Positions 1 through 13,426 of a DNA stretch of 64,000 nt are shown here, piece by piece. A model generated the notes under the pieces. That model was given only the letters and a program-made list of their open reading frames with translations. It did no database searches and was not told where the DNA came from. The position numbers and the translations under genes were made by a program. This stretch comes from Scyliorhinus canicula (lineage: Eukaryota). Position 1 is the stretch's first letter, and each line of letters starts with the position of its first letter. The stretch spans positions 1,516,527-1,580,526 of the forward strand of contig NW_024055498.1 of assembly GCF_902713615.1 (NCBI RefSeq), read 5' to 3'.

Positions 1-669
1 TGATCATTGCTCGGCACAACATCGAGGGCCGAAGGGCCTGTTCTGTGCTGTACTGTTCTATGTTCTACTGTTCTATGAAGTCAACATGTGCCGAATATAA
101 TCTCTCAGCGCAATCTCACCCCATTGGCTTCCAACTAAATGGATCGAATCCAATTAATTGGAATACATAGAGGGAGTTTTACTCTAAAATGTGATTGGAG
201 CATTCAATTACCCTGTAGTGTTTAATGAGAACTGTGGAGAAACATTTACCGTGTGTCTACCCTGAGCTGAAGAGGGTGGTGAGGATTTGATGTGGCAGTG
301 CCAAAGGATCTTTCCCTCTTTCTAACCAGGCTAACAGAGATAGATAGTTTCTTGATTAATAAGGGATCAAGGGTTATGGCACGAAGGCAGGAGATAGACT
401 TTTCGAAACATAATAGTCGTGATTGAATGTGGAGCGAACTCGATTGGCCTAATCGTCGAATTCTGCTCCTGTGTCTTATAGTTTTATGGTAAGAAGACAA
501 TCTATGGACTATCTTAGAATAGATAGGTACCTGATTGCCATCGCAGATATGGTGGGTGACGGGCATCTTTCTGTATTGTAAACCTCTAACTCTCCATGAC
601 TCTAAGACAAGGTCTAAAACGATTTTCACTCACATAGGGTGGAGATTAACCGAAACTAATCTAATAATA

Positions 670-915
670 TTTTTATCACAAGTAAGCTGACATTAACACT
701 GCAATGAAGTCACTGTGAAAAGATCCCAGTTGCCACATTCCGCCGCCTGTTTGGGTACACAGACGGAGAATTCAGAATGTTCAAATTACCGAACAGCACA
801 TCTTTCGGGACTTGTGGGAGGGAGCCGGAGCACCCAATGGAAACCCACAAAGACATGGGGCGAACGTGCCGACTCCGCATAGACTGGGACTCTGGCGCTG
901 TGAAGCAATTGTGCT
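670..915 (-). mobile_element. Older SINE (also ~6665-6950, ~20060-20170, ~27700-27945, ~33693-33985, ~47165-47280)
   Basis: Reverse-complement core (CTTTCGGGACTTGTGGGAGG..GGAGCACCC..GAAACCCAC) and ATTAACACTGCAATGAAG..ACTGTGAAA tail; boundaries approximate. Confidence 0.7.
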
Positions 916-2339
916 ACTGAGATTGGATCTAGTGCAGTGATTACTGATGCAAGTTCAAGACTAACGTAAACCGAGACAGGTTCTCGTGCAGACGAGATTA
1001 CCCTTAAATGATATAGGATATAAAGCAGTGATTATTGATTCAGGGTCTGGAATATTATAAACTGAGGCATGCTCTATTGCAGTCATTCCTGCTGCAGGGT
1101 CTGGATTAATATATGTGTCAAGACTTATTAGGTCAGATGATTAAAAACTTGGTTATTTGGGATGATTGTATTAAGGGAATTGAGGTAAAGAGGAGTAGGG
1201 AATGAATACCAGAGCTTAGGGCCGAGACGCATGAAGACATCGCAAAGCGAAACAATTAATTCTGAACATAACTTAACGTCTTGATAAATTACAGTTGCAA
1301 AACCCAAGAACAATATTTTATATGCACACCTATGCGAACGGCCAATTCCTTTTTGAAGTGAAGTCACTTGCTCTTCTTAACCAGATGAGAGTTCTATGAT
1401 TGGGCGGACATTTATCCTGTGGGTGCCAATCTGGTGATTCTGTGAGAGCACTGTTCTGTCTAACACTGCCAGTATATTAGGCGTTTAGTGAATATAAAAC
1501 GAGGCAGGAAAAGAATCCTCACCATGAAACAACTTTCCAATGGATAGAGTGTAATACAAGAGTAAATTCATCGTTTTGAACAAAACAGAGATTTCCATTA
1601 ACTTTTGGAAATTGCAGTGCAGCGATGTTCACATGTAGACCTGTCCCTCAAGCCCAGTTCATTACTGGGACGGTGGTAAAATATTAAACTCAATATTACC
1701 CACATGATAGCAGAGCAAATACACATTTCATAGAACTACTTATAGGTATTAACAAGAATTAATATAATCTCCAAATCAACAATGATTGTACTCGTACAAA
1801 CAAGAAAATATATAATATAATTTATAATATCGAGACAGGCAACAGGAACATCGTTCGGTGTAATATAAACAGAGACTGGTGTGCTATTTTTAGAATAACT
1901 GATATTTTATATGGAGCCAGTGGAATTCCCATTCATCCTGTCACAATAAGACCCAAGACTAGTAAAATACCAGCCTCTGAAAATTAAATTGACCCATGTA
2001 AGACTGGACCCATAGTTTGAACTCTTAGATTCACCGAGCAATATTTCAGAATGTCAAAATGCAAACCATGAGAGGTTAACAGTCTTTTCTCAGTGGAATC
2101 ACTATCACCTCCCACAACAGATACCTGAGCACATGACCCAGACTGTGATCCAATGCAGAAGGAGTGTTTAATGTTCAATTGTTCCATCTTTTCGATGCGG
2201 GTGATATTACAGTCTTCTGGATAGTCTCGCAATATTATTACAGAACGGGTAATCTGGAGGCCTGAACTAATACTCCAGACACAGGAGTACAAATTCCACC
2301 AGGGTATATTGAAATGTTGTGAACAGTTTTGGTCTTATA

Positions 2340-3150
2340 TAAGGATTGATATTTTAGAGGCAGTCCAGAGAAGGTTCTTTAGGTAAATCTCGAGTGTGGA
2401 GGGATTTTCAAAGGTAGGTAGCATTTTACAGCCCATCCTTACTCTACCTGTCAGCAAATAAAGAAGAATCCGGCCTTGAAACACAAACCTTGTGGTCAAC
2501 AGCCAAACACGCTGACCAATTGCACCATGGAGACTGTGGCCATGATGTGGAGATGCCGGCATTGGACTGGGGTGAGCACAGTAAGAAGTCTGACACCACC
2601 AGGTTAAAGTCCAACAGGTTTGTTTCAAACACTAGCTTTCGGAGCACTGCTCCCACCTGAGGAGGGAGTTTAACCTGGTGTTGTAAGACTTCTTACTGTG
2701 ACCACAGAGACTGAAATGGGGAGAGCTTAAGTGGGTTAGGCCTACACGAATTGGAGTTTAGAAGAATCAGAGGCGAAGTTACTGAGATATATAGTATTCT
2801 CAGGGGGCTTGACAATGTAGACGCTCGAGGTTGTTCCCGCTTTTGGGAGAGTCTAGCACCATAGGCCACAATCTCAGTGTAAGGTGCCACTCATTTCAGA
2901 CGAGGATGACGAGGAATTTCTTCTCTCAGAGCGTAGTGCTTCTATAGAATCATTTGCCGTAGAGAGTTCGCCTGGTCAATAAATACGTTCAAAGCTGAGA
3001 CAGACAGATTTTAATCAGTAAGCGAATCAAGGGTTATGGGGATAAAGTGGAAATCTGGAGTTGAGGATTTTACCAGATTTGCCACGATCACATTGAATGG
3101 GAGATCATATTACATGGGCCGAATGGCCAGGTTCTGCTGCAAATCATATG
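2340..3150 (+). mobile_element. Old CR1 3' fragment with nested insertions (also ~21460-22120 and ~29365-30175)
   Basis: Degenerate GCAGTCCAGAGAAGGTTC..GGAGTTTAGAAGAAT..GAGGAATTTCTTCTCTCAGAG and a CR1-type 3' UTR. Confidence 0.65.
2541..2700. mobile_element. Penelope-like element terminal fragment with a 32-bp inverted repeat (also 29566-29725; related fragment 58070-58262)
   Basis: CACAGTAAGAAGTCTGACACCACCAGGTTAAA (2577-2608) versus TTTAACCTGGTGTTGTAAGACTTCTTACTGTG (2669-2700), 2 mismatches. Family assignment is from recall only. Confidence 0.5.
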
Positions 3151-6100
3151 GTTTTGTGGCAGCTGTAGAGACTTTCAATTGAACGACTTAATCAATCAGC
3201 CAAAATCGTCGTGTCATTTACAATACTTCCGAAGCTATCGAAATTTCGCAACGCCCAGCAGGTTCACCACCGTCCTTCAGGAGTAGAAAGCTCCCTTCCT
3301 TACTCTGTCTGGCCCATATGTGACTCTAGTTCAGCAATGATGTGGTTGACTATTAACTATCTTTAATATTGCCGAGCAAGCAAGTTAGTTGAAGGGAAGC
3401 TGCTACTGAAAGTCAAATGTGAATAAAATCGCTCGAAGTGCACCTTATCAAAAAGGTGGCTCACATCCCGCTTCTCAGGATGGACAGTTAATGGTGGTTA
3501 TATGGCGAGAATGAATCCAAAACTGTGCAAAGTGCTTCAGATTCTGGAAATCTAAAACAAAACAACAAAAAAGGCTGCTCAGCAGGTCAGTGGGCATCAG
3601 CAGAGAGATAAACAGATTCACATTTCAGGTGTATTACCTCACTGATATAATTTGAAAGGGTAGAGCTGCTTTTCCCAGTATCTTGGACCAATGTCCGTTC
3701 TTCATCCAAAATCACAAATTAGCTGGTCACTTATCGCATCTCCATTTGTGGGAGCTTGCTGTGCACAAATTCTCTGCTCTGTTTCCAACAATGGAGCAGT
3801 GACTAAATTCAGCAAAAATATATCAGTGAGTTTTAAGGGCGTTGGTATGACCTGAGGTCGGGTAAAGCGGTTTACAAAAGCAAGCTCTTTCCAAATGTTA
3901 ACATTTTAAAATGCAAGTTGTAATATGTCGACTGATCAGAGATTAATGTGACTATAGATCACTCCTCTGCCTGATGTTTTAATCTATCTACTTTAAATCG
4001 GTTAATATTTCAATCAAATTAACATTCAGTGGAAAAGTAGCTGGTTAAAGATGCTTTATTAATTGAGGCATCAGAACTTTCAGAATGAATACTTAATTTA
4101 AAGTATTTCTTCATTTCGATTAAGTAACATCTGTACTAATGGAAGTTTCTGTTCATTTTAACCAACTGCCAATATTCCTAAAATAAACCGCTATTTTGAG
4201 GTAAAACTGATCAATATGTGAATGTGTTTATCTCGTTTGCTGACATGAACATTTCATTGTGACCAGTGAAGTGTTTATGTAAATAAACACAGAAATAGAA
4301 GTTCCAGATTAGATTGCGGACTGAGAAAAGAGAAACAAATGTGTCCCCACCAACACAGCACAAAAATAGAGCCAAGATAGAAATAGATCAACGGATTCCA
4401 GTAGTGTTTGTTTTTCGACATTTTTTTATTAATCAGTTATATGAGAAAAATGTCATTATGATATCCATGTTCATAATTAGGAAAGATCCCCTCATATCTC
4501 TAAATATAAGGGCATGCCAAGTGTGTTCGTAGAATTTTCCTGTGTCCTATCTCTCTCTATGGTTTTCTCATATCTGGTTCTATCTCATGTCTCTCCACGA
4601 AGGGTCATTGTCTTTAATCGACATGTGGCCAACAATAATAACAATTTTACTGTGAAAAGCCCCGTGTCGCCACATTCCGGCGCCTGTTCCAGTAAGTTCG
4701 AATGGGAATTGGACCCGCGCTGCTGGTCTTGTTCTGCGTCACAAACCAGCTGTCTAGCCCACTGAGCTAAACCAGCCCTCTCAGCCCGAACTCACCCCGT
4801 TGGCTTCCAACTAAATGCACCGAATCCAATGTATTGGAATCCGGCGAGGAAGTTTTACGCTAAAATGTGTTTGGAGTATTCAATGGTCTTGGAGTGTTTA
4901 ATGAGAACTGTAGAGACAAGTTTCCTCTATATCTGATCTGGGCTGCACATGGTGGTTGAGGATTTGATGTGGCAGGGCCGAAGAATCTTGCCTTGCACTT
5001 TATACAGCTGCCGAGACCTTGGAGCATTTGACTGAAGAGTGTAGAGCAAGTTTACTTGCATGTAACCTGCACTGAACCTGCCCTGCGAGTGTTTGATATC
5101 ACTGTGCATAGGGAGATTTACTCCGTATCTGAACAGTGCTGTACCTGACCTGGGTGAGTTTGATGGGAAAATGCAGAGGTTTCTTTACCCAGTAACTAAC
5201 CCCACTGTCAACCTGTCTTGGAGATCTCTAAAGGAAGAGGGCAGAAGAGGTTTTACCTGATACAGAACCTTTGGTTTTTCGGCCTTTAATGTGTTTGAGC
5301 GAGAGGGAATTTAATTCTATATCAAAACAATCTGCAGCTGCTCTGAGAATGTTTGATGGGGACAGTGTCAGGGAGTTTCTCTTTGTCTCCAACCTGTGAT
5401 GCCCCTGTCCTGCTAGTATTTGAAGGGACACTAGGCCCTGCCGCTGTATTGTACCAGGCCGTGAGCCCATCTCTGTTTATGTTATACTACCTTGTACCTT
5501 TGTCAGTTTATATTAAATAAGGGCCTATTTATCTTTGTTCATATTAAACTAGGCCACAAATTAGAGGACATGTCTTGATCAACGAGGCATTCAGGAGTTA
5601 TCGGGAGAATGCAGGAGAATGAGGATTAGGAACATATTGGCCATGATTTAATGGCAGAGCAGTTGCGATGAGTCGAATGGCCTAATTCCGCTCCTCCACC
5701 TTTTGGACTGTTTGTCTCTCTTTACATTAACCTACACCTGACTCTATTTCTAGTAATTTAAACCTGTCTCTGTTTGTATTACATTAGATACAGCCTCAGT
5801 TCTGCGCCGGGCCATGTCTCTTCATATTACCCGGCCTCAGTAATTGCTGCGGTAGACCATGCACAATAATTTGGAAAATGGCTGAGGTGGAAATTGTGAA
5901 GATTTAAAAAAACTGAGGGAACAGTGATAGTCTAAAATTCTTTAGAGAGCAATGTTGATCTATGTCCAGATAAACGTCATACTCTGTCTTGTCAGCACCC
6001 TAGATGTGTGTACGTACAACCACAGATCTCTGATCTTCTTGCAGCCACTTCAAATTGTACAGCCTAACTTCTATTCCCTGGGCCTAATGCAATAAACTAA

Positions 6101-7519
6101 GGGAATGGACTAGTTGTAATTGTGTAACATAAACAAAGGACAATTAAATAAATAACTGAGACAGAAGCTAATGTTACAGCAACTTCATTCTCTTCACAAC
6201 AGGCACACAGTAGCTGCATTGTGTAACATCGACGGGATGCACTGCAGCAACTCGCCAATTTTCTTCAACAGCACCTTCCATACCCGAGACCTCCGAGAAT
6301 CACAAGGGCAACAATCACATGGGAACACAATACTCTGCATCCGCCTACACATCCAACTCTCTGGGGTAGGAATTGTTCTTGGGCACCAGCAAAGAAGAAA
6401 TGATATCTTAAATTTAATTCTGCTGACTGCACTGAAAATGTATATCAAATGTTGCATAGCATACACTGTATACACTATACATCCGTTGCAGGTTGTTACC
6501 ATATACTGATTTATCGTCCAAAATATGTATTATTATATTAGCTTTCCATCTCAAAGACATCTGCAATAATGCGCCCACAGTTAAAAGCAGAGGCATCATT
6601 CAGTGCATTAATAAAAATGCGCAGGTCTCGGAAAAAGTAGGCTAGAATCAGGATCAAATACAGAATCCCAACAAGGCAGAAGGCCCATTGCATCTGCACC
6701 AACCTCTGAAATATCACCCTTCTTAATCCCCCGCCCTTGCACCATGACCTATGCATCCTTAGACACCGAGGGACAATTTCGAATGGCCAATCCATCTAAC
6801 CTGTACATATTTGGACTATGGGTGGAAACCGGAGCACCTGGAGGAAAGCCACTCAGACACAGGGAGGAAAGTAAAAACTCCACGCAAACAATCAGGACTG
6901 AACCCCGGCGCTATGAGGCAGCAGTGCTCCCCACTGCGCCACCCTCCGCCGAAGGCATAAGCAGAGACTGGGCCTAGTGTAATATCAACTGAATTCTGGT
7001 CTAGCGGAATGCAGATTGATACAAATTGGGACATGATCAATGCAGCAATAAGAGGGATATCGTACAATCCAAGAATAACAGAGGCAGGGCTCTAGTATAT
7101 ATAAACAGGGGCATTCACATGTGCAGCAGGATTGTGTTTACTGGAATTTAACTATCTAGTAGAGTAATAACTGAGACCAAACAACTTGTGATGCAAACAG
7201 AATGTTGTTCCAGTTTACGATGCACAGACAAACGTTCTGATGCTGTAACCATTGTGACGTGTTTCTTACTAGACTAACCAAGACATGGGTCAGTGCATCA
7301 TAATTTCGGATTTGTAATATAAACAGGGTGTGGGCCCTGGATATTAATAACTGATATTCAGCCGAGTGCAGGAAAACTGAGGAAGGGACCTGCTGTAATG
7401 TGATAGAGACACGGCGAGTGTAATGTAAACAGAGGCGGGGCAAGGTGAACGTTAGCAGAAAATTATATGTTTAAATGATTTAATGGGATCTTGGAGTTGC
7501 CAGTAACGTCAACATTTGC

Positions 7520-8900
7520 TGTCAATTCCTCATTTCCCTTGAGAATGTGGTGCTGAGCCCGCTTGATGAACCATTGCACTCCATACTGAGTACGTACACC
7601 CACAGAGCTGACAGGAAGGGAGGTCCAGGATTTGACCAGTGACAGTGAAGGAACAGAGACATAGTTCCCATCAAGGTGGTGTGAGGCCTGGTGGGTAACT
7701 TGCAGGTCCTGCTGTTACAGTGCATCTGCCGGGCCTGGTCCTTTTAGACGGCTGAGTTCCTGTGTTGGAAGGTGCTGCAGGAGGAGGCAGTTGCTGCATT
7801 AGATCCTTGTGCGTCGTTCAAGCTACTAGAATTGTGCACCCGTGATGCAGGGAGAGAATGTTGAAGTTGGTGGATGGGGTGTTCGTCGAGCCGGCTATTC
7901 TGCCCTGGATGGCGTCGAGATCTCACGTGTTGCTTCAGGGGCCCACGTGAGACCAATGGAGATATTCAGTCAAACACCTGACTTCTGCCGTATAGATGAT
8001 GAGTAGGGGTTGGGAAGTCACGAGGTGAGTTACTCACCGCAGAATGTCCAGCCACTGACCTGCTCTTGTAGCCATATTTTTTTTAATGTTCACTTTTGTA
8101 GCAATGGTAATCCCGAGGATATTGAAATTGGGGGATTCAATCACGGTGGTATAATTTTAAATCTAGGAGAGACGGTGAGAATCTCGCTTTTTGGGATGGT
8201 CATTGCCTGACACTTGCCAGCCCAAGCCTGAATGTTGTCCCAAGTCTTGCTGCATTTGAGACAAACATGCTTCAGTATTTGAGGAGTTGAATATGGTGCA
8301 GAACGTTGGGTAATCATCAGCGAACATCCTCCCTTCTAACCTATGATGAAGGGTGAAGCTTGGACCTGGGGACACTATCCGAGGACCCATATGTTACTGG
8401 ATGATCCTTGACACTTTTTATAAAGTCCTGATTGATCAAAGGCGGAGTGATAGGGACATCATTGGCTGGGTTGGATTTACCCTGCGTTTTGTGAACGGGT
8501 CATGTTTGGTAATGTTGCATATTGTTGGGTCCATGCCAGTGCTGTATCTGCACTGGGGCAAGTTGCCTGGGGCCCAGCCAGTTCTGGAGCACAAACCTTC
8601 AGTATTGTTGCCAGAATCTTGCCAGGTCGAATAACGTTTGCAGCGCTGTCAGCCATTTCTTGATATCGTGTGGAGTGAATCAAATTTGCTGAAGACTGCC
8701 ATCCATGATGATGCAGACCACCGGAGGCTGAGATGGATCATCCTCCCGGCACCTCTGGCAGAAACTTTCACTCTTGTTTTTTGCACTGACGTGCTGGGCT
8801 CCATCATCATTGAAGAGGGGAATTTTATTGAGGCTCCTGCTCCGGCTATTTGCTTAATTGTTCATTACTATTCAGGACTGGATGTTGGTGAACTGCAAAG
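7520..8900 (-). mobile_element. Decayed LINE RT/3' fragment, CR1/L2-like (duplicate at ~34540-35940)
   Basis: RMFADD...MQQDLDNIQAWA..CQAMTI in the ORF track (8163-8390, 35178-35477); boundaries approximate. Confidence 0.75.
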
Positions 8901-9602
8901 GTAGATCCTATCCATTAAAAATAGGATCACAGTGATTGTGTGATATAAACATTGACATGCACCGGTGCAGTATTAATTGAAACGAAGTGTCGTGTATTGT
9001 AAACAGAGACAGAGTCGAGTCTAACAGAAATACAGACTGGAGCACAATTAAAATTAACAGAGACAGGGATTAGTGCAGTAATTATTGAGGCAATGTCTGC
9101 TTCATCTCATGTCCAAGCATCTCAATTTAAATTCCATCTGCTGGCTAAACTTTGCAATTGCAGTTACGGTGAAAATGTTGCTGTCAGGTATGATCCGTGA
9201 TGTTGATGGGTCAATAATTCATTTCCACAAATGCAATATCTCATCGCGTTCTGTGGAGCTGCTAAATCTCAGGTTTAACTCATTGCAGCTGTTGGTGGCT
9301 AATTCTCGCGCAGTGAGGTCAGTGCCAGAGCAAAGCGGCTCAATCCTGGTCGCGCGTTTTTGTTCATCTTTTGTTAAATGGAGGAGTGTTTGCCTGGGCC
9401 CTGTATGGAGTGCCTAAGGAAATTTAACATTCACCTTAACGTACATGATGTTGGGGCGAATTGTGGCTTCCCATTCTACCAGCTCAACGACGGTGGGGCC
9501 ATTGTCTCCAAAGCCTCAAGGACAGAAAAGATGGGATTTTAAATTGAAAGAGATAATGTGGGTGTGCGTGTAAGGCAGAGAGGAATGCGTGTGTGAGAGA
9601 CT

Positions 9603-9624
9603 GTGTGTGTGTGTGTGTGTGTGT
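9603..9624 (+). repeat. (GT)n microsatellite (slightly longer at ~36638-36662)
   Basis: Visible directly. Confidence 0.9.
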
Positions 9625-9699
9625 GAAGCGAATTTTTTGCGTGTCTTTGTGTGAAACACATCATGTTTTGTACAACCTGAATTTCACTGAGGTCACAGG

Positions 9700-11420
9700 C
9701 ATCCGTCTACTTCCAACATTCAACAAATATCCACTGATTTTGACACAAGTGTTGCACATGAAGCTCCCAATTGTCGTTCTGGGTTTTCATAATCTCGGTT
9801 GGTCTATTTCAAAGCTGCTAAATCCATTGGTCCGGGTGGCTCACACCGGCCCACCGGAAATGTCGCCATTTTTTCAGTTTGCTGTGGTGACACCCAATAT
9901 TTAGGTTTAAGGACATCATGTCACACTTAGAAGAACCTTTGAAGTGGAATATCTGGCTTCCCACTGGTTGCGTGGCTCCGGCTGCTTGGAAATTCCTTGA
10001 TCATGTGACCATCTTCCATTGAGGGACCACACGATAACCGTGCAAACCACCTATTTCTGATTGTTTTGAAGAGACTTGGAAGCTCTGTTTTTGAGAGCAA
10101 TGCTACATTTCTGATTTGCCCGCCAGTAAATATCCATAATGCACTGCGGACAACAAAGATTACATTTTTTGAGCTATTTTTCTTGACAGCTGCAGTGTTC
10201 CTTGTTTCACAGACATGCAACACGGTTCATAGAATCATAAAATTTACAGTGCAGAAGGAGGCTATTCGGCCCATCAAGTCCTTGGAGACAGCATCCTACC
10301 TAACCCGTCCCTCCACCCTATCCCCACATCTCCACCCTATCTCCGTAACCCCATCTGACCTTTTTTGGATACTAATAGCAATTTAGCATAGCCAATCCAC
10401 CTGTCCAGCACATCTTTGGACTGTGGGAGGAAACCGTAGCAGCCGAGGAACCCACGCAGACACGGGGAGAATGTGCAGACTCCGCACAAGCAGTGACCCA
10501 ATGTGGAACTCGAACCGGGGACCCTGAAGCTGTGAAGCAACTGTGCTAACCATTGTACGACCTGGTGACCTAAGGTTGTGATCTGAGATTTAGGCCTTAT
10601 AAATCAATCAGCTCGTTCCAAAGCTTGATGATATTCCATGGACATTTTTATGAGTTCAACAAAGGTAGTACCTGCTTTTCCCCATGTCACGCATTAAGTC
10701 TACATCAAGGCTGTCTCTAAACATGGAAAATCGGGAGCAGAATCTGCTCACTGGCTCTTATTTAGTGTGACCATTGGCGAACGTACAGCACCCTGTCCCA
10801 AGACTAATGTTTTCCTCATGCTTATGGTCAGGAAGAACAAGTTACAGGCATTGGGGACAGAGTCAAAAGTCTCTGCAGATGATGCTTTGTTTGGATGATC
10901 GAATTTTCAGCGTGGAGGAATTCTCTGATGCGGATGCATTGTGATTATGTCTCTGTTTTCATGGCTGAAAGGTTGTAGAGGTTGCAGCCTGACCGAGTGT
11001 GCTAGTGGATTTCATCCATATCTTCAGCAAAGGTCAGCAGCTTGAAGCGGAAGGTCCCGAATAGAGTTGGGTCAATGACACGGTCCTCTTTCACTCAATT
11101 ATTCACTTAGAATCTGTCGAAGTGGAATCATCAATCTGTACATGCAGTGCATTTTGCCATGGAAGAAGTGAATGAGACAGGGGAGCTTTGACAGACAGCC
11201 AATTATCCCAAATCGTATAGTCCCTGCTCTGCTGATGGTGTTGAATGTTTGTTGAGATTGATGAAAGCAAGTTGAAGGGGTAGACTAGTGGTAAAGGGAG
11301 CAGATCACGCCCAGAGTAAATCTTCGACACAAAACACAGCACCCGTGCTTCCAGCTACATTCGGCCTGCAAGCAGTGTTGAAGTGGAAGCTAGCAAAGGC
11401 CTTCCCAGTGCTGCTATGAG
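9700..11420 (-). mobile_element. Decayed RTE-clade LINE fragment, interrupted by a SINE at ~10227-10562 (duplicate at ~36730-38480)
   Basis: Manual minus-strand translation gives DPTLFGTF..LLTFA..HTRSGCNLYNL..IREFLHAE..LTISMRKTLVLGQ, then LFKTIRNRW..MEDGHMIKE, resembling the RTE RT and thumb regions. Many stops; boundaries approximate. Confidence 0.65.
10227..10562 (-). mobile_element. tRNA-derived SINE inserted into the RTE remnant (duplicate 37269-37604)
   Basis: Reverse-complement core CATCTTTGGACTGTGGGAGGAAACC. Confidence 0.85.
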
Positions 11421-11669
11421 TGAGATATGTCAATAGTTGCTGCAGTTTCCAATGTCCACTTTGTTTTCAGATATTGGTTATGATTTTGCATCTTCAATCT
11501 CTGTGGGATGGTTTATATCTTCCATCAGAGAAGGAGCAGGCCACGAATGTTCAGAAACATAGTAATTATATTCATCAATCTTCATTCAATTATGAATATA
11601 AATAATGAATTCACCAATTATCATCGTTTCACAAAATTAGTACAGTTTTAAATTAAGTATATGGTGCGG

Positions 11670-12520
11670 GTGTCGCTAGATTGGCCATGATTTATTGTCC
11701 ATCCCTAATTGTCTTTCACAAAGTGGTGGTGTGCTACCTATTTGAACCTCCGCAGTCACGATGGTGTCGGTACACCGACGGTGCTGTTAGGGAGGGAGTT
11801 CTAGTCGTTGAACCAGCGACACCGAAGATTCTGCGATATATTTCAAGTCAGGATAGTGAGTGATTTGGAGGGGAATTTCCAGGTGGTGACCTTCCATGTG
11901 TCAGCTGCCTTTCCTTCTAGAAGGTAATGGGCCTGGGTTTAGAAGGCGTTTCAAAGGAGACTTGATGGGTTTCCTGCGGTTGGATGGTACATATTGTCAT
12001 TGTTCGTCGGTGGTGGATAGAACCTTGCCTCGCACATCTCCCTCTAAACTTTGCCCCCACGGACCTTAAACCTATGCTGCCTGATGACAGACCTCTCCAC
12101 CCGGAAATGCGTTCCTGCCCATCCATTTATCCCATGTCCCTCCTAAGAGTGTTTGCACATAGGATGACAATCAAGCGGGCTTGCTTTGGCCTGGGTGGTG
12201 TCAAATTCTTCAATGTTGTCGGAGCTGCACCCAGCCAGGCAATGGAGAGTATTCAATTACACTCCTGACTGGTGCTGTAGATGGTGAACAGGCTTTGGGC
12301 TAGTCAGGAGTGAGTACTCGCCGCAGGCTTTCTTAGACCCTGACCAGATCATGTCGCCTCAGCATTTATATGGTCAGTCCAGGACAGCTTCTGGTCAATG
12401 GTAACCCCAGGGTAGTTGATAATTGGGGATTCAGCGATGACAATATCATTGAATGTCAAGGAGAGTTTGTTAGATTCTATTTTGCTGGAGATGGTCATTC
12501 TTTAGGACTTCCGTGGCGAA
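11670..12520 (-). mobile_element. Second decayed fragment of the same LINE family (duplicate at ~38740-39590)
   Basis: Nucleotide similarity to 7600-8200 (e.g. TCAAGCGGGCT..TTTGGCCTGGGTGGTGTC..GAGTTACTCGCCGCAG). Confidence 0.7.
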
Positions 12521-13066
12521 TGTCCACCATTGTCACAATTCACAAAGTTAAATAATTATATTAATCCATTATGATCAACTCAAACATGCATAGTTGCATT
12601 CACCAATTATTTTTCGGCATTTGTTTTACAAAATGTAATGCAATTCATTTAAGGGAGGTGTTGTTGAGACCAGGAAGAGATCCAGCCATGATGATTGAAT
12701 GGCGGATCAGGCTCGAAGGTCTGAATTTCCGACTTCTGCTCCTAATTCCTATGTTCCTATAATTTATTGAGATTAAATTTCATTGAGATAGGCATTGACC
12801 ATTCTGTCACCAACAAGTAACATCTGCATCAGAATTCAATGTGAAATGGAATTAAACCGCACGCGAGGTTAAATATGCAGCTACCCAGCAGCCTCTGCGC
12901 TGTATTGGTCAGTAATCACCGTCATCGTCAAACAGAATCGCCGGACTGGAGTGTGGAGATAATTTTTGAAGTGTCGGTAAAATTAAAATACCTGTACCTT
13001 AGGTGCGTTAATGAATCCGTAAATCCCGATTTGTTATTACACGTTTTGGAAAGTAATTCAACGTTA

Positions 13067-13426
13067 GGGGCAGCAGGGGTAGCATGGTGGTTAGCATAAT
13101 GCTTCGCAGCTCCAGGGTCCCAGGGTCCCAGTCGATTCCCGGGCTGGGTCACTGTCTGTGCGGAGTCCTGCAAGAGCCTCGCCCTGTGTGCGTGGGTTGC
13201 CTTCCTCCGGGTGCTTCCGGTTTCCTCCCACAGTCCAAAGATGTGCGGGTTAGGTGGATTGGCCATGCTAAATTGCCGGTAGTGTCCTAATAAAGTAAGG
13301 TTAAGGGGGGGGGGTTGTTGGTTATGGGTAAGGGTGGATACGTGGGTTTGAGTAGGGTGATCATGGCTCGGCACAACATTGAGGGCCGAGGGCCTGTTCT
13401 GTGCTGTAACTGTTCTATGTTCTATG
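13067..13426 (+). mobile_element. Full-length tRNA-derived SINE (HE1-like; CR1-type 3' tail)
   Basis: A/B-box head (TAGCATGGTGGTTAGC..GTCGATTCCC), conserved core GGTTTCCTCCCACAGTCCAAAGATGTG, tail GGGCCTGTTCTGTGCTGTA..(TTCTATG)n matching the CR1 3' end at 25580-25628. Confidence 0.9.

Noticed and set aside
5098-5110. Isolated CACTGTG/CACAGTG-like heptamers outside the V-D-J block
   Set aside because: No nonamer at 12 or 23 bp spacing was seen; 7-mers occur by chance.
13067-13150. tRNA genes suggested by A/B boxes (also 20839, 40127, 58269, 62139)
   Set aside because: They are heads of tRNA-derived SINEs continuing into SINE core and tail; no cloverleaf 3' end.
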